From: Alloascoidea hylecoeti
Taxonomy: Eukaryota
Length of the DNA stretch: 64,000 nucleotides
NCBI GenBank assembly: GCA_001600815.1
Contig: BCKZ01000001.1
Span: 726,613-790,612 of the forward strand
Direction: 5' to 3'
In this document: positions 12,354 through 24,961 of the stretch, piece after piece
Numbering within the stretch: position 1 is the stretch's first letter
Layout: every line of letters starts with the position of its first letter
Made by a program: the position numbers and the translations under genes
The notes under the pieces: model-generated
What the model saw: only the letters and a program-made list of their open reading frames with translations
The model's database searches: none
Told to the model about the DNA's origin: nothing

Positions 12354-13702
12354 TCATGATTTATAAAGTCTTGTCATTCGTTTTTGTACCATTCTTATCA
12401 TTAACTTTTTTTTGCCCTTAATTTCTTCAATTTCTTTTGGATTCAAGTTTGACTGTGAAATTACTTGCTCAACATATTTCCCAGATAAACTTTGTTTAAT
12501 TATTGTCAACTTTTGTTCTTTTTCATCATATGCTTTTCCGAGATAAATATCTTGCATAATAGTTACTGTTAAATCTCTTAAAAGACCTATTGATTCTTTC
12601 TGTTGATTTTGTAACTGTAATTTAAATTTAATAGTCTTCATCAAATCAAAAATGTGAGGACAAGACAATCTTGAGTTTTCATCCTTTAACGCATTATCTT
12701 TTTGTGCAACCCGTGATTCGACCCGAGGTCGGAAATTTGAAATATTTTGATTCTGGAAACCACAACTAGATTTTGGATGGTATTTTAACGTAGTAAGATA
12801 GCAACATCCTTTGGGCAGCATGATTTTAATATCCTGTTCATTTTCTCCAACATGCATTTTTTTAACGATCTAATATATATCACTATGTTAGAATACATTA
12901 TTAAATTTATAATAGTAAAACCATCCGTTGAAACCAGTTACGCCAAAAGTGGTAAGATTTCTGGTCAATTGCCAAATGTAAGATTCACATATCCAACAAC
13001 TATAATATTAATAAACAAACATACCCATTTAGCTGTATATACCGATTTACCACATTTCTTACAATAATATGAAAAATTCGCATGATGACTAGAACTTTTC
13101 CTTAAACCATCTGCTCTTAGTTGTCGTAAATTAACATTACACTTTACCGTAAAAAATAACCACATTGAATATTTCATCTCTTCAAGTGTTGAACAATAAT
13201 CACCTTTTTTTAAAGTTAAATATGAAACACAATGCCAGAACCAAGCTCTTATTCCTTTAGAATTACAAGAATATGTTACTACTGTATTGTTTCTTAAAAG
13301 GCGGTCAGGCTGATATGGTGTGATGAGCTGTGGTGGTTGCATTTGAAATTGTTTTGTTATAAGACTTCTAAAGTTAGAAGTGGATGATCCAGGTGAGTTT
13401 GAACTTAAACCTGGACCTGGACCTGGACCTGAATCTGAATCTGAACTTGAACATGAACTTAAACTTATTTGCATTTCAATTCCCTTCATACTGCCATTAT
13501 CTGAATCCGGTAATTGAAAATTGGTTGAAGACATTACTTTATACTCATAGGTACATGTAGATGTTGATTCTTCTTCTTCCGATGTTGTTAAATCCAAAGA
13601 ATATTTAGAAATGTCTGGATCATCCTCATATGGATTTCTATAATAAACTCTTGAAATTTCTCTAGGATCAATATATTTATATTCATAATTGTAGTCTTCC
13701 AT
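12354..13702 (-). CDS. Array paralogue 2 (two exons, 397 aa)
   Basis: Exons 13702-13025 and 12869-12354 are joined by intron 12870-13024 (GTATGT...TTCTAAC...TAG), which fuses the two ORF-track halves in frame. Motifs: RAWFWHC, LKKGDYCSTLEEMKYSMWLFFTVK, ANFSYYCKKC, HPKSSC, CPHIFDLM, IMQDIYLGKAYD. Confidence 0.75.
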
Positions 13703-16700
13703 AATTGTGATATATTAAACTAAAAAACAAATCAACCATTTATATAGGCGTAAATATGAAGAGTTCAAATATGCTAAAATTAGGGTCGTCTTATTTTTCT
13801 TTTTTTTTAATTTCTAATTAGCTATTTACTGTAAACTTCAATGACGTTTGGACATAAATTATGGATTTCTTATATACAATTATGAACAAATTCAAAAATT
13901 AACTGTCCCAAAAATTTCAGGACAGCAACGAACTTGTCGTGTTTTTGAAGAATGTTCTTTGAATCTTACTTTATAATTTTAAACTTTATTATAATATGAT
14001 GCAATAAACAGTCAAACTCAAATAAATAAGAACCAAATATTTCTTCTATTAAAATATTTCATCTTCAAAATTTACACTTTGGATTCATGTTTTTATCAAA
14101 AAGGATTTTATAAACATCTTATTTATATATTTTATCTTTTATACATTGTGCAGGTGGGGTTTTAATTTAAAGAGGCCATGAGGATATAATTATTTATGAT
14201 ATCTTCTAGCTAGGCTATGTTGCACTTACAGCTGAAGTATTATAAGTTGTCCCCGTACATATAATTACAAGTTTTTAAGTTTTTAAGTTTGGTCCTCAGA
14301 TTGGGAGCTCAATCACAAGAAGTTGTTGAAGATCGAGACTAGAACATTTGTGGATTTTAACCGAATATGGATCTATAGTATTACATCGTTAATTTAACAG
14401 AATTCGTATATGATTATAAAACATATTAGCGTAAAGTTTTGAAGTCATATCACTTGCTAGTTGATTACCACTGCAGAATATATACCTTAAGCTTTATTGG
14501 CTATGGATTACCATGAATGTATTAATGTGTTCAAATAATTATAAAAATATAGCTATGTTAATGATTTGCAATCACTAAAGATGCAAAGGTTCAAATTAGG
14601 TCTGTAACTATATACAATGGTAGTCCAGTCCCTGGTTTCTAAATATTCCTTTTGGCAGTGAAGGCCCGGACTTAGCTCTAGGGCTAAATTTAAGGACAAA
14701 TATGCATAGTAGTATTACGTAGACATCAATATTCAGTCAGATGATGTTATTAGAGTAAGGATAAATATGAAAGAATAGAATATTAGTATTATATTGATAT
14801 ATTATAATTCGGGAATATCTCTATTATTGAAAATTGTGATAGAAATAAGTGTTCTGATAATAACCAGTTACTTGTGATACGTACGAATCTGTGAAGTATT
14901 TAAATATAATTCTTCTCTTAATTACCAGTTGTCTAATATATCAACAATTTTCTAGTGATCGCAATTATCAGGATATATTAGAATGGCTGCTAAATTTTAC
15001 TAGTTTCTGTTTCTTATCGATTTATTGATATACACAAAGTTAATGCTAATAATATTAACTATAGCTTCTCTTTGAATATGGATGGATAGCTTTCTATTTA
15101 AAAGTAAACCTCTTGATGATATATGGATACAATTGTAAAAAAGAAAAGAGCAGTTTTTTCCGATCAATTGACCAATTTTTGAGTATGCAGTACTATGCAC
15201 TATGTACTAGTAGTTTTCAAGATGTCGTAATAGTAAGGTTGATTATATCTATTTTGATAATTAATGTGCCTTATATCAGTAACTTATATTTTATTTCAAT
15301 TGATAATATTGATAATATTGATATTAAATTGATTAAGCCAACTAAGCATAATCTTTAATTTTGATGATTTAGACTTTTCCAATGCATATGCATATGGAAG
15401 GTCCTGCATATAACAGCATTAGAAAACTTTAATATTCATGTGCATGTATATTTTAACCGCATAGAATTATTGAAAATTTTTAACGGTTTTCAGGAATTTG
15501 GATGGTCAAATAATAGGACTTCCGAATCTTTTACGATGAGGGGTCACTTCTTTTCTCTCTTATAGTTGTTACAGCACACGGATATGTTATATATAAATCT
15601 TTATCATATTTACCCGTATGTTTTATCATTAATGGGGCTTGAAAAGAATCTGTTTCTAGCTAATGTTTAGCGCTATATATACCATATATTGTTGATTTTT
15701 TATCTTAATTATTTTAAGAGTGCATGTACGCCATGGATATGTGACTTCTAGATATAATTAATTATAGGTAGAATCAAATTTAAATCATCTGGATTTCTTT
15801 TGTGGTCTGATTCGATTTCATATGAATACCGAGACCATTCGGTATTAATAAACCTATCCTAAAATAAACATATGTGTGGTCCAGAAATCCAATTTATCTG
15901 ACATAAGTTTATCTCAAGATAGAGTAAATAACACAAGGTTCCGCGGTTGAAAATTGACTGTAGGCCCAGTGTAGGGTGACCTTAGGTTGGGATAGGCAAG
16001 GGGCTTAGGCTTAGGGCCCGGGGATAAGACCGGAGTCACTGGACCATCCAATCAAATTTTTCTCCACAATCATCAATTTATATTTTGAAAATTAAATATC
16101 GTAAACATATTTATTTTATTTAACACCATCTATCATATCCACCATCCTTCCCCAATAAAACCCCCTAACAAGGAAACGGACCAGATTCTTCTGGTTTCCA
16201 TACAGTATTCTTCATTACAACCTCCTAACACAGTAAGCATTAAATGGGTGTGTGGTGTGTGGAAAAAAAGCCAGCAATGATGGGTGGTGTTATATCTACA
16301 CTTCTTTGCCGACAGTCTTGATATAGAGTTAGTCTTTTTGAGCCAATAACTGACGATGGGTTAGAAACACATTCTAATGAGGTGACCAACTTTCGTGTAC
16401 CCCATTCGCATGTAGGCTATACTGACTTCCGCTGACCAAACCTTCAAGGGAATGTATGATATGAAATTAGTGCGAATGAAATGGTATTCATTCGATGTGA
16501 GAGTGCCTTAACATGCCACATCCGTGGATTCATAAACTTAGATCCATTTTGAGCTCATATATGTCTTTTATAATCTCGATTTGCATTCGGCACTTTTTTT
16601 CTTGGTGGAGGGTCCTGTGGCTGTTGCGTATTTCCGCTCGATCGCTTCATTCTAACATATGGTAAGACGAGCTCATATTAATTCCCATACCCATTCTAGC

Positions 16701-17975
16701 ACAATAAACAAGTGAATCAGTAGGTTGATATCGATTCTTTTTTAACTTGTAGGCAATTGGTGTTTTTCATTCACTCCCGCCGAAGAGTGTCCCATCGATA
16801 CCATTCTTTCTATTATAACATGTTGAAGGTACGGAGTTAACCTTTTCTCCAATAATCTTTGAAATTCGTGTTCAAGTGCAATCTGTTTAAAATATTTGCG
16901 ATTCAACCATCTGCTCCTTTATCCAAGAGGCCTCAAGTTTATTTTAGTTATTACCATTCTTGAAGGTTGTGAAGAGGAGAAAGAATATACAGGGTAATTA
17001 ACAGATTAAAGTGGTGTGTCTCATCCTTTAATTTACCAAATCCATACATAATTCTATGATTGGTTGCGATAGTGAAAATTCAAGTACTACCAGTATTTAG
17101 AAAGTCTTCCGGCCAAATCCGGGGAGAATCATACAAAACTTACGGGATCTTGTTGCAATAGTAGTTTAGAATTAGAATTATTTGATATTTCGCTTATGGA
17201 AATCTAGAAGTCGCTCTATGGTATATTTAAAAATATAGGAATTTTTTGAAGGAGTCCTGTTGTAGTTCATTAATATATCAATACGTATTAAATATTTACT
17301 GCCACTCCAACGTTGCATTTTCAGTTACACACACTTATAAAAGTATAAGTTATCGTATGCAGGGAAATTGCAACCCTTTGAGTGTTAACTAGCTCTATCA
17401 GTATATTTATTACTTAGTGTAACAAAAAAGATGTATATCATATGTAACATGTTGGAGATATGATATTTATTAACACTCCAAAATAATATATAAGTTATTA
17501 ACATAATTTAAGATAATTATTAAAATCAAGTTTAAGATTTTTGAAATTTATTACAACTTTAGAGCACTACAGTTAAAGTAATGATGCAATAATCAACAAG
17601 TTTATTAATTAATTCATTGACAATATTAAAAAAAGCAATCTATATCATATGTACATTTATTAAATATATTTAAAAAATAACAAGCTTAAATACTATCGTA
17701 GTTTATAATTCTCTATCTATAGCTTATAATTAAGCTTATACAATATAATCTATCAAATACATAACTTTAAAGATAAATAATGATAAGAAAAATATATAAG
17801 AAAAAACACAAAATAAATTATTATTATATACAAAAAAACAAAAATATAACAGTTCTGAAAAATATGAAAATGCAATACGTATATTGTGAATATATTTCGG
17901 TATATACCAGTGGATCATGAAGGGCCAATAATATTCAAGAAAAAACAAATAACAACATGTACAATGCTAACTCCA

Positions 17976-19313
17976 TTATAATCCAATACTGGTAAACTTC
18001 TTTCGAACCATCTTCGACATTAAACTTTGTCTCTTTCGAATATAAAGAACTTGCTCCAAACTTGAGTTTAAGTGTTCATTAATTTCAAGCTGACCGTTTC
18101 CATTCTGACTAACTGAGGTAAGACATTCAATCTGTTCATCATAGACCTGTCCAACATAAATATCTTGTAAAATGCAAACAACTGTTTTTTCAAGATCTTC
18201 AGATATTAGATTAACTTGATCTCTTATTGTTTCCATCAAATCAATTGTATGTGGAGAGTTCATTTTTGGAAGTTTATCTCTTGACAATTGATCAATTGTA
18301 AATTTTGGACTTTTATCAAATGTATTATTATTTGTTGAGCCAGTTACAGCCAGATGATTATTACAATCGGAATCTGGATGATTAATTATTGTTCTTACAA
18401 CCCATACATTATTTGGAGCATTATTGTTAACACCATCGTTATATGACCCAGAAACCTTCTTTTTAACAACAAATAACATTTTTTTGCATATTTTACATTG
18501 ATATGAAAAATTTGCAGGACGATCCGAATCATCGACATGATCAGACATGGGACTATCGCCAGCAGCTGTGGAATCATTAGACCTTAAACCCGTCGCCCTC
18601 ATTTGTCGTAATTGAATACCGTATTTTGCTGTGAAGTATAACCACATCCCATATTTTGCTTCTTGATATGTTTCGAAGTAGTTACCAGGCTTCAAGTCGA
18701 ATTCAGCTAGACATCTCTGAAACCAACAACGAGTAGGTGCATAACGGGACTGATATGGAAGTAGATCACCAAGGTTATAAGGACGTATTAAGACGGTATG
18801 TGGGTGAGTATGTCTAGTAGAACCAGAGGACGAACTTCTTGATATTGTTAAGCTTGAATTTGAAGAAGTACGATTAAGATTGGCAGAAGTAGAACCTGAA
18901 GATTGATAGTAAAAAGGATCTTGGAGCTGAGAATGTGGAGTATTTGCTCGGGGGGTTATGGCGGTAAGATATGATCTATCAAGAATCACTTCAGATAACT
19001 GGTCGTAATCAACCGCTGTAGACTCATATTGTAACTGACGAGAGGATCTTGGATCTTGTTTTTCAGAAGACATCGGTGATGATTGGTATTGATAATTTAA
19101 GGGAGATGAAAGTGATTTATATGGAGGGAAACTAAAGTCTTGCAACTGATCATGATGAAATCCACCATTATTTAGTGTACATGTTGATGGTGTATATGGG
19201 GAATAGCTGAAGCTTCTTTGAGACATTAAAGTAGTGTTTAGTACAAATTGGATGTGTTTTGTAAATGATTCTAAATTGATTTTGAAAAGAGATTGTTTGG
19301 GAATTAGTTTCAT
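17976..19313 (-). CDS. Array paralogue 3 (true start possibly ATG at 19226)
   Basis: 445-aa ORF, closest to paralogue 1. Motifs: RCWFQRC, LKPGNYFETYQEAKYGMWLYFTAK, ANFSYQCKIC, KKKVSGSYND, WVVRTIINHPDSDC, SPHTIDLM, ILQDIYVGQVYD. Confidence 0.7.
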   Translation of the reverse strand: MKLIPKQSLFKINLESFTKHIQFVLNTTLMSQRSFSYSPYTPSTCTLNNGGFHHDQLQDFSFPPYKSLSSPLNYQYQSSPMSSEKQDPRSSRQLQYESTAVDYDQLSEVILDRSYLTAITPRANTPHSQLQDPFYYQSSGSTSANLNRTSSNSSLTISRSSSSGSTRHTHPHTVLIRPYNLGDLLPYQSRYAPTRCWFQRCLAEFDLKPGNYFETYQEAKYGMWLYFTAKYGIQLRQMRATGLRSNDSTAAGDSPMSDHVDDSDRPANFSYQCKICKKMLFVVKKKVSGSYNDGVNNNAPNNVWVVRTIINHPDSDCNNHLAVTGSTNNNTFDKSPKFTIDQLSRDKLPKMNSPHTIDLMETIRDQVNLISEDLEKTVVCILQDIYVGQVYDEQIECLTSVSQNGNGQLEINEHLNSSLEQVLYIRKRQSLMSKMVRKKFTSIGL

Positions 19314-20020
19314 TATATAAAAGAGGTTTGCATTATTAGAAACACGATAAAGGTGTATTTTCCATGACGTTATTTGGTTATGGGATGCACATTATAAGCC
19401 TCCTCGATAATGACTTGCTAGGCTCCGGTTTCTCTGCGTCTGCATGGAATCATTTCGCTTCGAAATATTGCCAATTTGAGCCTTGTGAACAATAATAAGT
19501 TGTTCTGGAAACCTGTCATGTCATACTCCCATACTTTGAAACCTGCAATATTTCACACTTTCAAAATCTATTATTAATAATATAATGATATAGTAATAAG
19601 ACAACGGAATACATGAAAGATATACTATAACTAAAGAAAGAATCTAGGCGAAGAACGGGTGAATATAACAAACCGCCTATGGTTAAAGTATATTTGGTTT
19701 CATAATTGGAGCAAATTAATAAAAATTTTTAATACTATGGAAATTACGAAACTAGGTTGTTCATTCAATTGCAATTGATAAATATAGATCCACAATTAAG
19801 TGTTTTAATTTGTAAATAACAAAATACAGTTGCAGTAGCTATGTTATACGTATTTGACATGGGCTATATATGGTGAAGAAAGAATGTGCATAATATGTAA
19901 GTTAAACGGTCTTCGAACGGACATGTGAGATTTGTATTATAATTTCAATCGAAAGTGGGAGATCAACAATAAATCTGTGTAATAATTAGGTTTCCAAATA
20001 TAGACTTTTTGAATTGAATT

Positions 20021-20087
20021 GAATTGATTTAGATAGAACTGAATTGATTTAGATAGAACTGAATTGATTTAGATAGAACTGAATTGA
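20021..20087. repeat. 20-bp minisatellite GAATTGATTTAGATAGAACT x3 plus a partial copy
   Basis: Three exact tandem copies, preceded by GAATT units. Confidence 0.9.
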
Positions 20088-21087
20088 GCTAAATTGAAAT
20101 CAAATAATTATATCTGATTTGAATTGAATAAATCGAATGAAGAAATGAAACGAAGAAACTTGATCCAAATCTTTAATATTAATATCGAAAACCTGTGTGG
20201 TACCTGCGACAATAATCCCAAGATTAACAAATAGAAACGTCGATTATATTCCTGTTTTGGTACTTATCTCTATAATTAAGCTTAAATAGACATATCCAAT
20301 ATAAACCTTTACTAGGTAATATTAATATTCAATGGTTGTTTCTCTTTTTTAATTTCTATATTTAGACATCCACATGAATCACTTCATACACACGTGATCC
20401 ACTCGGTTAAATTTGTATATCCATTTCTTTTTTAATTTTACAAACTTTTTATAATAAGCTGTTTTTTCACCGAATATCCAAGTCTAGATTGTTTCATTTC
20501 TTAATCTCACTCATCAAAATACATGCCGTTTATATATAGCCTTCTCCATGTATACAACTGAACTGGTCAGACGGCTTTGAACAAGATCATAATAAAAACT
20601 GTGGACTATCATGAATAACATCATTTTGGGCTTTGTTATGTGTAACTCCGCCTATGAAGTCCATTTAAATGCTCAAAAGGCGTCTGGCTGGAAGGTTGGA
20701 TAACCTTCTTATTAGATAGAGGCAGTGTGAGATTGTAAAATAAGTGGTTGTGGCAGCAACTGGATCGTTATTAATTATTTTACTTTCCAGGATACTTGCA
20801 TAAAAAGCAGCTGCAACTGCAAATCACATTAACATTTAATAATATTTAGAAATTAAACCTCTTTTTGTATTAGAGTTTCAACAATGTAACGTAATTTATC
20901 ATTTGCAAGCTACTATTAAAATTTACAAAAGGTGTATCTATAATATATATTGTCTACGTTATTATGCTAAAAATAGATCTTTCATAGTGATTTCTATGGT
21001 AGAAGTACAAAGTACACAGTTATTATGATCAAAACAAAAGTATATGTTAATCACTATATCAAACATATATAACATCAATATTCCCAT

Positions 21088-22770
21088 TTAAGCAATCCAG
21101 AACCAAACCTTTTCGAGCATATTTCTCGGTTTTCTTATGACATAATTGGCTTCTGCCTCATCTGCTTGAGCTTTACCGGTAATAATATCGATCGTTTCAA
21201 CTGGCTTATAAAATGTAAATGGTACATCAGGATGTTTAACCTTTCTAAAAATTATATGTCCAACATAAAGCCCTGTAAAAATTGGAAGTGTGATATAAGA
21301 TGCTAAGAAATTATTGACAGAAAAATTACCAGGGAAGAAAACGCTATAACCATTTGTTAATGTTAAAACAATTAATAACACGATAACAACATAACTGAAA
21401 TATGGCTGAAAATATGCTTTAAATGTTATAACATCTTCCATCCCATTATAAATTACCGCTTTTCTGAACCTTAAGTAAGCTAAAAGAACTGTAATCCAAG
21501 CTATATAACCCGAAATTGTTGTGATATTAGTAAACCAGTTGAAAACAGTTGCAGATGAACTTGAAACATTCAAATATGATAAAAAGCAAAGACAAGATGT
21601 AAGTCCAACACAATAAACTGGTGTACCAAATCTATTACAGGTGGTAAGGATTTTGGGGCCCTGTCCTCTCATGGCAAGTGAATAAGCTGTTCTAGAAGCT
21701 GCATAAAGGAATGAATTCCCAGATGACCATGCTGAGGTTAAAATACAAGCATTGACAATATGATTAAGTACCTTAATACCAGCGTTTTGAATTCCAATAA
21801 CAAAAGGTGAAGCAGCAGCAGTGGACTGGCCAGCATCAATAGCATTTAATAATCGTTTATCGTTATAAGCAACCAATGCACCAATAACAATAGCAGCACA
21901 ACAATAAAAGAAGATTAATCTGTAAACAAATCTACTAGCTGCTTTTGGTATATTTCTTCTTGGACATTCTGCTTCACCACTTGTAGAAATAACAAGTTCT
22001 GGAGAAACAATAAAGGCAAACCCAGCTTTAATAATAGCAGTCCATACAGCTAAAAATTTTCCTGTATTTCCACTTACCAAATGCTCTGTAAATGCACCAG
22101 GAGTCTTCCAAAATCTAAATCCTTTTGCATCATGATCTGGTCCACCACCACAAATAATCACAACACCAACAATCAACAACATAAGAATACATATAATTTT
22201 GATAGAAGCAAACCAAAACTCAGTCTCGCCGTAGACTGAAACCGGTAGAAAGTTAAGAGCAACAACAACAACAAGAATAATAGTAATCCAAACAGCTACA
22301 TTTACAGATTCTGTCCAATATTCAATAATAATAGCAGCAGCTGTAATCTCAGTAGGAACAAGAATTCCAAATGCATAGAAATAATTCCAACCAGCTGCAA
22401 AACCAAGACTACTATCTAAATATCTATCAACAAAAGAATAGGCACTTGTTCCAGGTAATGGAATATAAGTAGCCATTTCTCCAAGGCACATCATAATATT
22501 CCATAAAACTGCAGACAATACGAGGTAACCAATTAATAAACTTGCAGGACCAGTGGTGGCTAAGATACTTCCAGATCCGACAAACATGCCTGTACCAATT
22601 GACCCACCCAGTGCAATCAGTTGAACATGTCGACTTTTTAAACCTTGATGAAGAATCATTTTATTTGATTCAAGATCTAATTGTGTAATAATCTTCCCCT
22701 CATCACCTATATCTTCGGTAATAGCGTCACTACTAGTGTTATAGGTTTGTTTTTCTCCCACAAAACTCAT
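21088..22770 (-). CDS. YAT-family amino-acid permease (PUT4/proline-permease-like)
   Basis: Motifs LKSRHVQLIALGGSIGTGMFVGSG, YGETEFWFASIK, GEAECPRRNIPKA and ASPFVIGIQNAGI, with about 12 hydrophobic segments. First ATG at 22770 (the ORF-track start is TTG). Confidence 0.9.
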   Translation of the reverse strand: MSFVGEKQTYNTSSDAITEDIGDEGKIITQLDLESNKMILHQGLKSRHVQLIALGGSIGTGMFVGSGSILATTGPASLLIGYLVLSAVLWNIMMCLGEMATYIPLPGTSAYSFVDRYLDSSLGFAAGWNYFYAFGILVPTEITAAAIIIEYWTESVNVAVWITIILVVVVALNFLPVSVYGETEFWFASIKIICILMLLIVGVVIICGGGPDHDAKGFRFWKTPGAFTEHLVSGNTGKFLAVWTAIIKAGFAFIVSPELVISTSGEAECPRRNIPKAASRFVYRLIFFYCCAAIVIGALVAYNDKRLLNAIDAGQSTAAASPFVIGIQNAGIKVLNHIVNACILTSAWSSGNSFLYAASRTAYSLAMRGQGPKILTTCNRFGTPVYCVGLTSCLCFLSYLNVSSSSATVFNWFTNITTISGYIAWITVLLAYLRFRKAVIYNGMEDVITFKAYFQPYFSYVVIVLLIVLTLTNGYSVFFPGNFSVNNFLASYITLPIFTGLYVGHIIFRKVKHPDVPFTFYKPVETIDIITGKAQADEAEANYVIRKPRNMLEKVWFWIA

Positions 22771-24232
22771 GTTGTGCTGCACGTTTTTCAAAATGTTATA
22801 ATAAAGATTCCGACTTTATTTTCGGAACAGCACAATAGAAACTTAAGAAGTTTTGCAGTATAAGACAATTGGAAAAGAGGATCTGTATGGTCTTTATATT
22901 TTAATTTCATATTGCATAAAACAACGATTAATAGAACAAACTGTAATATAATCTGGTAGTTTACTTCAAACTTTAAACTAAGGTATAGCCATCTGCATGC
23001 AATAGACTAGCTTCATAATGGTGATTAATTTTTTTTTTTCATTAGCTTCATTTCACTTTCTATCATATCTTTTGACTGGTCAACACATAATATATCGATA
23101 TTGTAAACTTCTAGATATGGTGAATTGTAGAATGAGTAGGCGAATTAGTTGTCTACATGTATTATGATCTTATAGTTTTCTATGCATCACTTATCTTAAT
23201 AAAAGTAAGTGCCAACTATGGATAACTAAACTATTGGAGTGATAGATGCTAGTGTTAATTTCTACGTTTGTTCCCAGTTATCTACCGTCATAAATAGATA
23301 TCGACAGTACTACCAGTATCTATATAATAACTATATAAACTAGAATCCAAAACTACTCATCCTTGTCTGACGACTCAGCTCAGCAGTATGTATACCTTAG
23401 TATTCAAAGGCATCTACTTAAGCTTCCTGATTGCACTTTATCTCAATATTCGGCACATCCACACGTGACATAAGTCACATTATTGTTATATGACAACTGA
23501 TAACAAATGCAAAAGATATCGATAACGTACTAATCATGTGCTTATTCCCTCGTACGAGTTTTTGCCAAGCTGTAAAGCAATGCTCTATTGGGATTGCATA
23601 ATCAAATTGGATATTATATGATGAGTAAGATGATGCTGGGACATTGACCAAAACGCGGAAAATCATCCATTACATTACCCCACAGGGAGACTACTGCAAT
23701 CAGTAAGTAATTAGTATTCGGAGTCTGGAAGACAAATATACCAAATATAAATATTCATAAATTATTATTAGTACTCGGACTGTTGTTTATCTGCTAATAA
23801 TCTTTTAACTTCTTTCCGTTCAAGTTGTCAAAGTATTTGGTGCTCTAGCATCTTCAAAAATACTATGATAATTAATGGGTAATTTGATTTAACGGGTTCG
23901 GATAATAAGGTTTTATTAGTCTCTCCGATGGTCGATTTTTAACTATTGAATGATATAATATGGAAGATCTACCGAGTTTATATGTTATATTCGGTAATAG
24001 ATATATCAAATTTCTTTACTAATAGGGTAAAAATATGAATATTATGAATATATAATTTATATATACACATGTATATGTACTAAAAAGCAACAATCGTTTA
24101 TATAATTAACAACAAACAATAATGCTAAACAAACCCTTTAAAACCCGCTATAATTTGATTAATTATGAATATTAACTCAGATAAATAATTTAAATGCATC
24201 AAAAAGTTAATATATACCCCCGGACAAAAATA

Positions 24233-24961
24233 TTAATGGAATAACGTTCTTGTCATTCTTAAAAGACGTCCTCTACCTGCCTTAAGTGTATGGTATGTTG
24301 GCTGATCAGTAGAGATCAAATGTATATTCCCGTGTCTATCAATCTCAGACGCATATGTCGAACGAATTGCTTTCCCCAAATATATATCTTGAAGAATTTC
24401 AACAGTTGTCTCACGAGTATTTGAATTCCTACCACCTTCTCGAATCATAATAGTATGTATCAGATCATCCAAATGCATACATTTTATCCTACTAGATCCT
24501 CTTTGGTGAGCCTGAGTGATAACTTGATTGCATGTCTGATGATGGATTTTATCTATTCTATCAACAGTCCATCTTTTATCAACTTCTCCAGATCTCGAAC
24601 GATAACATTTTTTAATACCAGTGAATACACTTTTTCCACACATTTTACAGCTGTATTCATAACTTCTATCTAAATTCCCATTCCGTTTTGATTTCCTTTG
24701 ATGTATAGGGATCTTATATTTTACTGTGAAGTATAGCCATATTGCATATTTTAGTTCTTGCTCTGTGTCACAATAATAACCCAAATCCAAATTGAAATAT
24801 TGAATACAATAATGAAACCAACCTCTTGTTCCTCCATTCCCCGAGTATTGTTTCCTATTGAGAAAAAGTATTTCATCTAAATTATATGGACGAACATAAC
24901 TTCTTAATCTTGATTGTGTTTCTAAATATGAATCAAACTCAGAAAAGGGATCAAAAGACAT
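24233..24961 (-). CDS. Array paralogue 4 (242 aa, essentially the domain only)
   Basis: ATG at 24961 (MSFDPF). Motifs: RGWFHYC, LDLGYYCDTEQELKYAIWLYFTVK, YEYSCKMC, WTVDRIDKIHHQTC, CMHLDDL, ILQDIYLGKA, LLRMTR. Confidence 0.7.
   Translation of the reverse strand: MSFDPFSEFDSYLETQSRLRSYVRPYNLDEILFLNRKQYSGNGGTRGWFHYCIQYFNLDLGYYCDTEQELKYAIWLYFTVKYKIPIHQRKSKRNGNLDRSYEYSCKMCGKSVFTGIKKCYRSRSGEVDKRWTVDRIDKIHHQTCNQVITQAHQRGSSRIKCMHLDDLIHTIMIREGGRNSNTRETTVEILQDIYLGKAIRSTYASEIDRHGNIHLISTDQPTYHTLKAGRGRLLRMTRTLFH

Noticed and set aside
15960..16025. Interstitial telomere-like TTAGG(G) stretch
   Set aside because: Only a few irregular TAGG/TTAGG words with no consistent unit, and the species' telomere repeat is unknown.
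16676..16706. Minus-strand ARMGMGIN resembling RecQ helicase motif V
   Set aside because: No sustained ORF or other helicase motifs nearby; likely chance.
20021..20087. CRISPR-like repeat
   Set aside because: Contiguous tandem units without spacers, eukaryotic context and no cas genes: an ordinary minisatellite.
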